This document shows positions 1 through 9,014 of a stretch of 64,000 nt of DNA, in pieces; position 1 is the first letter of the stretch, and each line of letters starts with the position of its first letter. A program made the position numbers and the translations under genes. The stretch is from Aquificota bacterium. GTDB taxonomy: Bacteria > Aquificota > Aquificia > Desulfurobacteriales > DQVG01. The stretch spans positions 14,458-78,457 of the forward strand of contig JAMOTM010000043.1 of NCBI GenBank assembly GCA_027002265.1. The letters are read 5' to 3'. The notes beneath the pieces were generated by a model. That model saw only the letters and a list, made by a program, of their open reading frames with translations. It was not told where the DNA came from and made no database searches.

Positions 1-63
1 TTGTTAAATTTGAAACTAAAAGAGGAAAAAAAGTAGTAAGCGTATATCCAATTTCCAATCAAG

Positions 64-720
64 TTGGAAATGCATAAGAAAGCTTTTATTATCTCTTTTG
101 AAGGTATTGAGGGAAGCGGGAAAAGTACTCTCGCTTCCCAATTATATTCTTTTTTAAAGAAAAATATAAATTCTTTAGATATTCCTTATAAAAACGTTTT
201 TATTTTTAGAGAACCGGGAAGCTCTCCTCTAGGAGAAGTTCTTCGAGAAATAATTCTTTATAAATTAGATCCAAAAAAAAATACAAAAACTTTATCTCTT
301 CTTTTTGAAGCTTCCCGAAGTTATCTTTTTGAAGAATACAAAGATATATTTTTGGAAAAAAATATTATTATTTTTGATAGATTTATAGATTCTACTATAG
401 CTTACCAGGGCTATGGGATGGGTTTAGATATAAATTTTCTAGAATTTTTAAATTTATTTGTCACAGAAAATATAAAACCAGATTTAACTTTTCTTTTGGA
501 TGTGGATGTAAACATAGCTTTTCAAAGAATTCAAAAAAAGAAAAAAGATAATATTGAAAAACTTTCAAAGAAATTTTTTGAAAAAGTAAGACAAGGTTTT
601 TTAGAAATTTCTCAAAGGGATAAAAATAGATTTGTGGTTTTAAATAGTTCTAAAAACAATCTAAAAGATCTTTTTGAGAAGATTAAATCTATTACTTTGG
701 AAAGGTTAAAAAATTTTTAG
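64..720 (+). CDS. tmk: thymidylate (dTMP) kinase
   Basis: P-loop 'FEGIEGSGKST' at the N-terminus, 'DRFIDSTIAYQG' motif and ~210 aa length typical of Tmk. Start may be the ATG at 70. Confidence 0.9.
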   Translation: MEMHKKAFIISFEGIEGSGKSTLASQLYSFLKKNINSLDIPYKNVFIFREPGSSPLGEVLREIILYKLDPKKNTKTLSLLFEASRSYLFEEYKDIFLEKNIIIFDRFIDSTIAYQGYGMGLDINFLEFLNLFVTENIKPDLTFLLDVDVNIAFQRIQKKKKDNIEKLSKKFFEKVRQGFLEISQRDKNRFVVLNSSKNNLKDLFEKIKSITLERLKNF

Positions 721-767
721 AGATGCTATTTTATTTTTTAATAATAAATTTTAAAATAATAAATAAT

Positions 768-797
768 AAATTAGAAAAGGGGGGATAAAATCCCCCC
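768..797 (-). terminator. intrinsic terminator after the 644-aa gene (GGGGGGA-TAAAA-TCCCCCC hairpin at 779-797)
   Basis: 7-bp G/C-rich stem read directly. On the minus strand it is followed by TTTTCTAATTT and lies 5 nt past the stop at 803. Confidence 0.6.
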
Positions 798-802
798 ATC
801 AA

Positions 803-2737
803 TTAAACATCTATTTCTTCCCAAGCTCTTTCTTCAGCTTTCATTAAGTCCGCAGCTTGTAAAAGTAAAAGACCAGATTCAAATAAAGAGTTTTGTCCTA
901 AGAATTTTGCTTGTTTCATAATAGTGAGTTCTTTTTCAAATTCTTCATCTGTAAGTCCAGCCTTCTTCTTAATTTCTTTCCAGTTTTCCGGCTCAATTCT
1001 TACTCTTTGCTCTTTTACATATAAAGAACCAACTTCTTTAATTGCGCGGATTATTCTAATAACGAATGGATTTACTGGGTTTGCAATTCCTTCTGGCGTA
1101 CCTGCGGTAGCTCTTTTGATAAGTTTTCCGGGTTCAGTTAAAGTTACTACTCCACAGGTTTCTAAGTTTACAATACCTTTTGCATCTAATTTTTCCAAAG
1201 CAAGGTAAACATCTTCTCTTTCTTTGTCACTAAAGTATGGTTTAATAATATCTTCCTCGATAAATGCTCCTCTTAAATAAGGAATACATTTTAAAACTCT
1301 AAGTTCAAAAGCGGTTAAGTGAGGAACTCTATTGATATGAGTTGCCATTCTTGCATAAAATCTTCCGGATGCAGTTGGAGCTCCTTGTCCGGTGGTAATA
1401 GCTTCTTCTCCTCTCATAAACCAAGAGTAATCTGGCGCTCTAAATTCAAGACGAGTTACTGTAACAGATTTTACAGCTGGGGCAGGAATCGGTCTTTCTT
1501 TAACTTGTTTTTGATCTTGAAGAACTTTTTTACCCCAGTCTGTGAAGTCATAATAAAGTTTTCCTTTTTCGTTTATATCTGTTTTAATAGCTTCTTGTGC
1601 TTCTAAAGAGTAAAGAGCAGTAGAAATATCATAATGCTTATTAAACCACTCCTCTACTTTCTTTGCTTCTTGCAATTCTTTTAAAATCTGTTGCTTTTTC
1701 TCTGGAAGCTCTTTTAATCTTCTTCCATATTTTTCTAAAAGCTTTTGAGCTTCTCTTAATTTTCTTTCAAATACAGTTTTCCAAATTTCTTCTTTAGTAG
1801 GATAAATTTCTGGATTTTCTTTATGAGTTTCCCAAATTTTTTCAATAGCTTTTAAAATTTCAATTTCAACTTCATCAAAATCTACCGTCCAAGGATCGGT
1901 TTTAACTTGTTTTGTATAAATTTTCCAAGCAAGATATAGATGTTTTCCTCCGGGTAGAAGATTTCCTTCTTCATCAATATAAGCCTGAGCTACAAGTTTT
2001 TCAAACATTTTGCTATCTATAGCATCTTTCCCTTCTTCAACTACTTTAGCTAAGTTTTCTAATATTTCTGCAGATACATTTATAGGTAAAGCTGGAGCGG
2101 ATTTTAATAAGCCTGCTCTCACTTGTTGTCCAAGTCCTGTTAAAGCATAAACATCAGATTTTGGAGCGGAGAAAGCTATAAGTCTTTGAGCTTCAAGTTC
2201 ATAAAGTTCATGTTTTCCAACATCTGCGGTTAATTTTAAAATAGATTTAAGACCTGGTCCTGGAGGCATTTCTTTAATATAATCTGTAAGTCTTTTATCT
2301 ACAGTAATATGAGGTTTTGCTTCTTGATAAGCTTGCCAAATGGTATCTGCAAGCGGAGTAAGTTGTCCGTTTTTAGCAAATCCTCTTTCTTCTAAAGCTT
2401 CAGCTACATCTTGAGGACATCTACCTTGACATTTTCTTGCAACTTCAATCATTGCAATTACTTCGGTTCCCACCCAGCGATATCCTTCTTCCCAATCTTC
2501 TATATTGATAACACCTTGTTTTTCTGCTGCCTCAATTGTTTCTGCTACAAGCATTCCACTATAAGTAAGATGATATTTGTCGTTATCTTCCAGTCTTAAA
2601 AGACCTATTAGATTAAGTTGATTTAAATACTCTAAAATTTCAGGTTCTTTTTCAGCTGCAGAAAAAAATTCATCTCCTCTTAATTTACCTTCATATATTT
2701 CCTTTAAAAGTTTTACATGCTCTTTTGTTAGTATCAT
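803..2737 (-). CDS. conserved hypothetical soluble protein, 644 aa, with repeated winged-helix-like 'LTxxG' modules
   Basis: Long uninterrupted ORF with a GGAGG RBS 5 nt upstream of the ATG. No TM segments. Recurrent motifs HLTYSGMLV, QLTPLADTI, YALTGLGQQV, DFTDWGKKV, VTLTEPGKLI. No family recognised. Confidence 0.8.
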   Translation of the reverse strand: MILTKEHVKLLKEIYEGKLRGDEFFSAAEKEPEILEYLNQLNLIGLLRLEDNDKYHLTYSGMLVAETIEAAEKQGVINIEDWEEGYRWVGTEVIAMIEVARKCQGRCPQDVAEALEERGFAKNGQLTPLADTIWQAYQEAKPHITVDKRLTDYIKEMPPGPGLKSILKLTADVGKHELYELEAQRLIAFSAPKSDVYALTGLGQQVRAGLLKSAPALPINVSAEILENLAKVVEEGKDAIDSKMFEKLVAQAYIDEEGNLLPGGKHLYLAWKIYTKQVKTDPWTVDFDEVEIEILKAIEKIWETHKENPEIYPTKEEIWKTVFERKLREAQKLLEKYGRRLKELPEKKQQILKELQEAKKVEEWFNKHYDISTALYSLEAQEAIKTDINEKGKLYYDFTDWGKKVLQDQKQVKERPIPAPAVKSVTVTRLEFRAPDYSWFMRGEEAITTGQGAPTASGRFYARMATHINRVPHLTAFELRVLKCIPYLRGAFIEEDIIKPYFSDKEREDVYLALEKLDAKGIVNLETCGVVTLTEPGKLIKRATAGTPEGIANPVNPFVIRIIRAIKEVGSLYVKEQRVRIEPENWKEIKKKAGLTDEEFEKELTIMKQAKFLGQNSLFESGLLLLQAADLMKAEERAWEEIDV

Positions 2738-2772
2738 TCATTATCCTCCTAAAAATTATTAATTGATGGGAA

Positions 2773-2781
2773 ATTATAGCA
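2773..2781 (-). promoter_or_regulatory. candidate extended -10 element (TGCTATAAT) for the 644-aa gene
   Basis: The reverse complement of 2773-2781 reads TGCTATAAT, about 35 nt upstream of the ATG at 2737. Confidence 0.3.
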
Positions 2782-2801
2782 AAGAAGGGAAAAATATATA
2801 G

Positions 2802-3047
2802 TTAGGAGGAAAGTTCTTTGATTTTTTCTTCAAGATATTCAAGAGCTTCTTTGCAGCTGATTGGAAGATATACATTAGAGGATCGAATATATACAGTTTT
2901 TTCGTTTTCTTTGCAAAGTTCCTTTAAAAGTTTTATTTCTTCTTCGTATAAACGTTTTAAAAGCTCTTTATTGATTTCTCTTTTTTTCTCATCTTTTAAA
3001 CGAAACATTTCTTTTATCTCATTTATCCACTTTTCAACTATACTCAT
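2802..3047 (-). CDS. small coiled-coil protein, prefoldin beta-like hairpin region, C-terminally short (81 aa)
   Basis: AGGGGG RBS 6 nt upstream of the ATG. 'VYIRSSNVYLPISCKEALEYLEEKIKEL' resembles the beta-hairpin and start of helix 2 of archaeal prefoldin beta as I recall it. The protein ends about 17 residues into helix 2. Confidence 0.45.
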   Translation of the reverse strand: MSIVEKWINEIKEMFRLKDEKKREINKELLKRLYEEEIKLLKELCKENEKTVYIRSSNVYLPISCKEALEYLEEKIKELSS

Positions 3048-3057
3048 TTTCTGCCCC

Positions 3058-3094
3058 CTAAAATAATAATAGGGGGCACCTTTAAAGGTGCCCC
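3058..3094. terminator. palindromic hairpin GGGGCACC-TTTAAA-GGTGCCCC between the prefoldin alpha-like and 81-aa genes
   Basis: Perfect 8-bp stem at 3073-3094. T-rich on both sides. About 25 nt from the RBS of the 81-aa gene, so probably a partial terminator or stabiliser. Confidence 0.5.
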
Positions 3095-3101
3095 TTTTGT
3101 T

Positions 3102-3566
3102 TTATTTATTTTCTTCCTTTTTTTCTTCTTTTTCTAAAGTTTGAGCTTTTTCTAGTAAAGCTTCAAGAGCCATATATGTTTCTGCAATGCTTCTTTCAAT
3201 TAAAAGAGCAGCTGCTTCTAATGCAGAAATTCTTTTGTCAATGTGTTTTAAAGCTTCTTCGTAAGAAAGCTCAACAGAAAGATTTGGTCCAATAGTCATA
3301 ATAATTGTATTTGGATCTTCAATTTTAGCTTTAATAGCAGCATCTATTCCAACAGGTACCAAAATTGTTTTTCCTTCTCCAAGTTCTTTTAATTTAGCTA
3401 AAGTTACTTTGAGAAGTTTTAAATTAGAAATTTGTTGGCGAATAAGCTCAAGTTCTGCTCTTGCAGCTTCAATGCTTGCAACAAGAGCTCTCAATTGAGC
3501 TTGTAACTGAGCTAAAGTAACTACCTCTTCTTTAACTTCTTGGTTTTGTACTTTATTTTCAGCCAT
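3102..3566 (-). CDS. prefoldin alpha-class-like protein (coil / double beta-hairpin / coil), 154 aa
   Basis: GGAGG RBS 8 nt upstream. The central block 'TILVPVGIDAAIKAKIEDPNTIIMTIGPNLSVELSYEEALKHIDKRISALE' aligns closely with the archaeal PfdA hairpin region as recalled. It is flanked by heptad-like helices. Confidence 0.7.
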   Translation of the reverse strand: MAENKVQNQEVKEEVVTLAQLQAQLRALVASIEAARAELELIRQQISNLKLLKVTLAKLKELGEGKTILVPVGIDAAIKAKIEDPNTIIMTIGPNLSVELSYEEALKHIDKRISALEAAALLIERSIAETYMALEALLEKAQTLEKEEKKEENK

Positions 3567-3769
3567 TTTTATAACCTCCTTTTAGTTCTTATTTATCATT
3601 TTCTTTATCTATTAATAAATATAGGCTTTTTTAAATAATTTTCAAGATATTATTAAAAAATATAAAATAAATTTTTAAATTTCTAAAAGATCAGGATAGT
3701 CAGTAAATAAAATAATTTAAATTAGAAAAAAGGGAAAAAGGTAATTAAAAGAAATATAAAAATACCTCA

Positions 3770-4741
3770 TTAAAATAGCTTTTTAATCATTTCCTCAAAT
3801 TTATGAAGTGTAAAGTTTTTTTGGGAAAAAATATTTTCCCAATTTACCTGATAGTATTTTGAAGGGGGCAGGGGATACTTTTTTTCTCCTGGAGTCATGT
3901 TGTATTTTAAAAAAATTTTTTGAACTTTCTCAGATAGTATAAATTTAAGAAACTTTAAAGATAATTTTGGATCATTTGTTGATTTAAAAATAAAAATAGG
4001 ACTTGGTATATATATATTTTCTTTTGGATAAATGAAAGATATATTATAGTTTTTCGCAAAATAATCTATAAGAATTCCAATATCCACTTTATTTTTCTTT
4101 AAAGCTTTAGCTAATTCTAAGTTATTTTTAAAAATGTAAACATGATTATTTTTAAGCATTTTTCTTAATGAGCTTTCACCTATAAAATTTAAAGCATAAT
4201 AAAAAAGTCCTAAAGCAAATCCGGAATAGTGTGGATCTACGATTCCCATTTTTAAATTTTTATATTTTAAAAATTCAGAATACGAAGAAATTTTTGCTTT
4301 TTTGAAATTTTTTGAGTAAGCTATAACTGGGATCAAAATTCTGGCGGAAACAAAATAATTATCTTTATCTACATAATAATATTTTTTAGGATCATCTACT
4401 TTAAACCTTAAAAGTAAATTTAATTTTTTTAATGAGATAACATTTATAGGGTCTGCAAGTAATCCTACGTCAAGCTTTATGTTTCCATTTAAAATATTTT
4501 TTACTATTTGCTTTCTTAAATAGGAAGAAGAGGATCTTTTTATTACAACTTCAAGGTCTGGATTTTCTTTTTCGAATTCTTTACAAATCTCTTTGGCAAC
4601 ATTTAGGGGTAAAGATGTATAAAAATATAAAGTCTTTTTTTCGAAAATTAAAAAGTTATTCTTCAATATAAGATTAAGAGCTATAAAAAAACTTATTAAA
4701 ATTAATAAAAAGATACTTATTATTTTTCTTGAGCTAACCAT
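3770..4741 (-). CDS. periplasmic solute-binding protein (ABC-type, family-1-like), signal-anchored
   Basis: N-terminal hydrophobic anchor, ~320 aa, alternating alpha/beta pattern with 'LYFYTSLP...' typical of SBP N-lobes. Substrate unknown. Confidence 0.5.
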   Translation of the reverse strand: MVSSRKIISIFLLILISFFIALNLILKNNFLIFEKKTLYFYTSLPLNVAKEICKEFEKENPDLEVVIKRSSSSYLRKQIVKNILNGNIKLDVGLLADPINVISLKKLNLLLRFKVDDPKKYYYVDKDNYFVSARILIPVIAYSKNFKKAKISSYSEFLKYKNLKMGIVDPHYSGFALGLFYYALNFIGESSLRKMLKNNHVYIFKNNLELAKALKKNKVDIGILIDYFAKNYNISFIYPKENIYIPSPIFIFKSTNDPKLSLKFLKFILSEKVQKIFLKYNMTPGEKKYPLPPSKYYQVNWENIFSQKNFTLHKFEEMIKKLF

Positions 4742-4743
4742 GT

Positions 4744-5505
4744 TTAAATGCCGAGGACATCAAACATGTTGTATAAACCTTGTTTTTTTTCTTTTAAAAA
4801 TTTTGCAGCATATAAAGCACCTTTTGCAAAAGGTTTTCTAGAATTAGCTTTGTGAGTAAGTTCTATTCTTTCGTCTTCTCCGAAAAAATATACAGTATGC
4901 TCTCCAGCTACATTACCGCCTCTTAAGGCCATAACTCCAACTTCATTTTTCTTTCTTTCACCTATTACTCCATCTCTGCAGGAAACTCGGTTTAAAGAAT
5001 TTCCAAAAACTTTATTTATAATCTCAAAAAGTCTAGTAGCTGTACCTGAAGGTGCATCTTTTTTATATTTATGATGAATTTCCATAATTTCGATATCAAA
5101 ATCTTTATCCTTTAAAAGTTTTGTTGCAATTTCAGTTAGTTTAAAAAGAAGATTAACGCCTAAGGACATATTTGGAGAGTAACAAATAGCCGTATTTTTA
5201 GATAACTTTTCCATTTTTTCAAGGATACTTTTATCCAAAGCAGTGGTTCCTATTACAGCTTTTTTAGAAGTGTTCTTTTCTAAATAGTTTAAAACTTCTT
5301 TTGTTCCTTCGGGTAAAGAAAAGTCTATAATAATATCAAAATCTTCTTTTATATCATATAAAGATTTATATATTGGAATATTTTCTAAAGTTCCTTCTTT
5401 TCTATCTACCCCGGCAACAACTTTTATATCTTCGAAACTTTTAGAAAGTTCGTATATAGTTTTTCCCATTCTTCCTAAAATTCCGAAAATAACAATTTTA
5501 ACCAT
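4744..5505 (-). CDS. dapB: 4-hydroxy-tetrahydrodipicolinate reductase
   Basis: N-terminal Rossmann 'IVIFGILGRMGK' and signature 'EIMEIHHKYKKDAPSGTA'. Confidence 0.9.
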   Translation of the reverse strand: MVKIVIFGILGRMGKTIYELSKSFEDIKVVAGVDRKEGTLENIPIYKSLYDIKEDFDIIIDFSLPEGTKEVLNYLEKNTSKKAVIGTTALDKSILEKMEKLSKNTAICYSPNMSLGVNLLFKLTEIATKLLKDKDFDIEIMEIHHKYKKDAPSGTATRLFEIINKVFGNSLNRVSCRDGVIGERKKNEVGVMALRGGNVAGEHTVYFFGEDERIELTHKANSRKPFAKGALYAAKFLKEKKQGLYNMFDVLGI

Positions 5506-5507
5506 GT

Positions 5508-6497
5508 TTAGTTAACCCCCAAAATATGATGAATATGAATAATACCAACCACCCTTTTATTTTCATCTACAACTGGCAAAACTGTAATTTTATAGTTTTC
5601 CATTTTATCTAAAGCTTCTTTTATGGAATCTAAATAAAAAATAGTTTTTGGATTTTTAGTCATAGCATCTTTAGCAGTAGAGCTATATATATCTTTTTTC
5701 TTTTCTAAAAATCTTCTTAAATCTCCATCTGTAATAATTCCCCTTAAATTTTCACTTTTATCAAAAACTAGAGCGCAACCAAGTTTTTTTTGAGACATCT
5801 CTTTTATTACTTCTATCATAGATGTGTCTAAATATACCTTTGGAATAGCTTTACCTTCTTTCATAAGATCCTTTACTTTTAAAAGCTTTAAACCTAAGGA
5901 TCCCGAAGGATGGAAAATATGAAAATTTTCCTTTTTAAAATTTTTCAATTTAGATATAGTAACTGCCAAAGCATCTCCAAAGGCTAAAGTTACTGTACTT
6001 GAAGTAGTAGGAGCTAAACCCAAATGACAAGCTTCACTCTCTACGAAAGTATATAGATTAATATCTGAAAGTTTTGAAAGAGAATTTCCAGGTTTAGAGG
6101 TTATTGATACTACCTTTTTTGCGATTTTTTTTACTATAGGTAAAATAAAAAGAAGCTCTTTTGTCTCTCCACTATGAGAAATAGATACAAAAATATCTTT
6201 CTTTTGTAAAACTCCCAAGTCCCCGTGAGCGGCTTCGGTAGGATGTAGAAATATGCTTGGTATTCCTAAAGAAGAAAAAGTGGAAGCAAGTTTTCTTCCT
6301 ATAATTCCCGACTTTCCTACTCCGGAAAAAACAAGTTTTCCTTCTAAAGTCAAAGTTTCTTTTATAAATTTTAAAATATTTTCTTCTTGTCTTTCTAAAT
6401 TATCTTTCAAATTTAATATACCTTTTACCTCGTTTTCTAAAACTTCCTTAATATTTTGCAAAGTGTCTTTTAAATTATTTTCCTTCACTTGAAACAT
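5508..6497 (-). CDS. kdsD: arabinose-5-phosphate isomerase (KpsF/GutQ family; SIS + tandem CBS)
   Basis: SIS motif 'GVGKSGIIGRKLASTFSSLG', 'SHSGET', and a C-terminal CBS pair. Confidence 0.85.
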   Translation of the reverse strand: MFQVKENNLKDTLQNIKEVLENEVKGILNLKDNLERQEENILKFIKETLTLEGKLVFSGVGKSGIIGRKLASTFSSLGIPSIFLHPTEAAHGDLGVLQKKDIFVSISHSGETKELLFILPIVKKIAKKVVSITSKPGNSLSKLSDINLYTFVESEACHLGLAPTTSSTVTLAFGDALAVTISKLKNFKKENFHIFHPSGSLGLKLLKVKDLMKEGKAIPKVYLDTSMIEVIKEMSQKKLGCALVFDKSENLRGIITDGDLRRFLEKKKDIYSSTAKDAMTKNPKTIFYLDSIKEALDKMENYKITVLPVVDENKRVVGIIHIHHILGVN

Positions 6498-7554
6498 CCT
6501 CTTTCTTATCTTGAGCTATATTTTCTCTTTTATCATCTTCCACAAATTCCTTAAATTTTCCAAAAACAATTCTACCTGCGGAGGTTTGCAAAATATTTGT
6601 TACTTCTATTTTAACTTTTTTCCCAATTTTATCTCCAGCATTGTCCACTATTACCATAGTTCCATCATTTAGATATCCAATAGCTTGATTTTTATCTTTT
6701 CCTCTTTTCACTAAAGAAATTATTAGATCTTCTCCAACAACAAAATTTGGTTTTAAAGCATTTATTAAATCATTTAAATTTAAAGTTTCTATCCCTTTTA
6801 TCTGAGCAAGTTGAATAAGATTATAGTCCATAGTTAAAAGCTTAGCATCAAATTTTCTTGCAAGTTCTAAAAGTTTTTCATCCGTTTTTCTTAAATAAGG
6901 TATATCTCTTTCATATATATCTACCAAAAGAGCTTTTTTTTCATTTGACAGTTTTAAAAGCTCTTTTACAGCTTCTAAACCTCGTCTTCCTTTGTTTCGA
7001 ATAACTGGATCATGGGTATCTGCTATAAATTGTAGTTCTTCTAAAACAAAACGAGGAATTATAAATTTCCCTTCTAAAAATCCGGTTTTCAAAACATCTA
7101 CAATTCTATAGTCTATTAAAGTTGAAGTATCTATAACCTTTGTAGGAATGCATTCTTCTTTATCCTCTCTAAAAAGAGATGAAAAGCTTCTTTTTTTCAA
7201 ACTTTCGACAAATAAAATACCAAATAAAATGGGAAATATACCAAATGTTAAAGCATTTACAAAAAATAGCTCTTCTTGGATAGGAAAGAATAAAATATTT
7301 ATTATTACATATATTAAATAAGCAAATAAAACTCCTAAGGAAAATCCAAAGATAAAATGAATAAAGTCTTTTATAAATATTTTTTTAGAAAAAATAAAGT
7401 AGTAAAGCAAAAATGCAGCTGTCGTAGAAAAAGTAGATATTAAAAAAGCTTGTAAATAATCAAATCCATAACTTACAAGTCCCAAAAAGGACAACCAAAA
7501 TATTAAAATAAATGCTGGATTTATAATTCTTGGTTTAATAAATCTTATTTTCAT
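6475..7554 (-). CDS. membrane-anchored PIN + TRAM domain protein (YacL-like)
   Basis: Four N-terminal TM helices, then a PIN-like 'VIDTSTLIDYRI...', then a C-terminal TRAM-like beta domain. Confidence 0.75.
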   Translation of the reverse strand: MKIRFIKPRIINPAFILIFWLSFLGLVSYGFDYLQAFLISTFSTTAAFLLYYFIFSKKIFIKDFIHFIFGFSLGVLFAYLIYVIINILFFPIQEELFFVNALTFGIFPILFGILFVESLKKRSFSSLFREDKEECIPTKVIDTSTLIDYRIVDVLKTGFLEGKFIIPRFVLEELQFIADTHDPVIRNKGRRGLEAVKELLKLSNEKKALLVDIYERDIPYLRKTDEKLLELARKFDAKLLTMDYNLIQLAQIKGIETLNLNDLINALKPNFVVGEDLIISLVKRGKDKNQAIGYLNDGTMVIVDNAGDKIGKKVKIEVTNILQTSAGRIVFGKFKEFVEDDKRENIAQDKKEDVSSEGK

Positions 7555-7599
7555 TTTTTTCTCCTAAAAAATAAAATATCACTTTCTAATACATCAAAT

Positions 7600-8196
7600 C
7601 TACTCTGCGGGGTATCCCACAGGCATAATATAAAGAGGATGTTCTTTTATATCTAAAATTATCTTAATAAGCTCATCTATAAAGGCTCCAATAGCTACTG
7701 TTCCAAGCTTTAAATATGTAGCCATTAGATATATATTTTGGGAAATATGTCCTGCTTCCATTAAAACATACCTAATTCCTCGTTTTCCATATTTTGACAT
7801 AGTTATTCCAAAGTTTGCTGTAATTATAAAGTTTAAAGGAGCATCCATAATAAAATCTTGATTTAATGCAGCTTGAACTAGCTCTGGCAAAATATTTTTT
7901 GAAAATAAAAATTTTAAACTATGGTTTTCAGGCATATATAAAAAAAGGGCATTTTCTAAATCTTTATACCTTTTTAAAAATAAATAAATTCTCATAGGAT
8001 ATAAAGCTCCGGCTGAAGGTACAGTTTTGTATCCAAAGGGGTTTCTAAGTCCATAAGCCGCAAAGCAGAGCTTTGAAATTTCGTTTTCACTTAATGGATT
8101 TGAAAGATAGCTTCTAATTGAACGTCTTTTAAATAATAGCTCTTCAAAGGAAAAAGAAAGCTTTTCTATTTCAATTTCCGGAAGTTTAAAAATCAT
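7600..8196 (-). CDS. SagB-type / nitroreductase-family dehydrogenase
   Basis: 'RRSIRSY' nitroreductase N-motif and the 'PSAGALYP' SagB-type hallmark. Confidence 0.7.
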   Translation of the reverse strand: MIFKLPEIEIEKLSFSFEELLFKRRSIRSYLSNPLSENEISKLCFAAYGLRNPFGYKTVPSAGALYPMRIYLFLKRYKDLENALFLYMPENHSLKFLFSKNILPELVQAALNQDFIMDAPLNFIITANFGITMSKYGKRGIRYVLMEAGHISQNIYLMATYLKLGTVAIGAFIDELIKIILDIKEHPLYIMPVGYPAE

Positions 8197-9011
8197 AATT
8201 TATCCTTTATTAGTTTTTTTGAAAATTTTTTCTCATTATATAAATTTAGGTCATCATTACTCGCAAGGGAATCGGTTCCAAGGAAAATTGGAATGTTGTA
8301 TTTTTTAAAAAGATCAAAAGGGGGTTTTCCTACATTTAGATAGTAATTGCTTCTTGGACATAAAATAACTTTTGCTCCTGTCTTTTTAATTAAATAAGCT
8401 TCTTTTTCCGTAATATGAACACAGTGGACTAAATACGTTTTTGGAGATAAAACCCCAAGTTCATATAAATATTCAATAGGCCTTTTTTCTGGAGGAGTAA
8501 AGTTTCCAAGAACTCCTATATTTTTAAAAAGTTCGTACATAGAATTTTTCTTCCCTAAAAGAAAATCAACTTCCTCTTTACTTTCGGCGGCATGAATTTT
8601 GAATATAGGAGTATTTTTGTAAATAAGCTTTATATATTTTGGATTCACGCTATAGGGAGCATGAGCTGAAAGATAAAAATTATATTTTTTTGCTATTTTT
8701 ATATACTTTTCAAATCTTAATTTTGCAATATTTTCATCTAATCCAATAAATTCAAAAAAATTTTTTATATTGGGTCTTTTTAAAATTTTTAAAATTTTCT
8801 CATTCTCGGTAAAGGTTTGTATATTCCAAAAGTAATAATCTTTGTATTCCTTTAAAATTTTTTTTATAGATAAAATTCTTAGCTCATCTTTTACCAAAAA
8901 TTTAAAAGAAATTATTTTTTTCAACCAAGATACAAAGTCTTTTTCACGAGGTCTATTTAAATATTTAAAGTAAGAAAATTCAAGATGGGTATGGTAGTTA
9001 ATAGGTTTCAT
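8193..9011 (-). CDS. metal-dependent amidohydrolase-family protein (short form)
   Basis: 'YHTHLE' HxH metal motif, later His residues and 'GTDSLASN' aspartate motif. 4-nt overlap with the downstream gene. Confidence 0.6.
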   Translation of the reverse strand: MKPINYHTHLEFSYFKYLNRPREKDFVSWLKKIISFKFLVKDELRILSIKKILKEYKDYYFWNIQTFTENEKILKILKRPNIKNFFEFIGLDENIAKLRFEKYIKIAKKYNFYLSAHAPYSVNPKYIKLIYKNTPIFKIHAAESKEEVDFLLGKKNSMYELFKNIGVLGNFTPPEKRPIEYLYELGVLSPKTYLVHCVHITEKEAYLIKKTGAKVILCPRSNYYLNVGKPPFDLFKKYNIPIFLGTDSLASNDDLNLYNEKKFSKKLIKDKL

Positions 9012-9014
9012 CTT

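Noticed and set aside
924-1606. Two plus-strand ORFs (94 and 95 aa) inside the 644-aa gene region
   Set aside because: They are fully antisense to a long, well-formed gene. Their translations are S/F/C-rich and low-complexity, as expected from reading a K/E-rich gene backwards. No RBS is present.
7600-9011. SagB-type dehydrogenase plus amidohydrolase as a marker of a thiazole/oxazole RiPP cluster
   Set aside because: There is no YcaO or cyclodehydratase, no precursor-like small ORF and no transporter nearby. The genes sit inside a housekeeping same-strand run.
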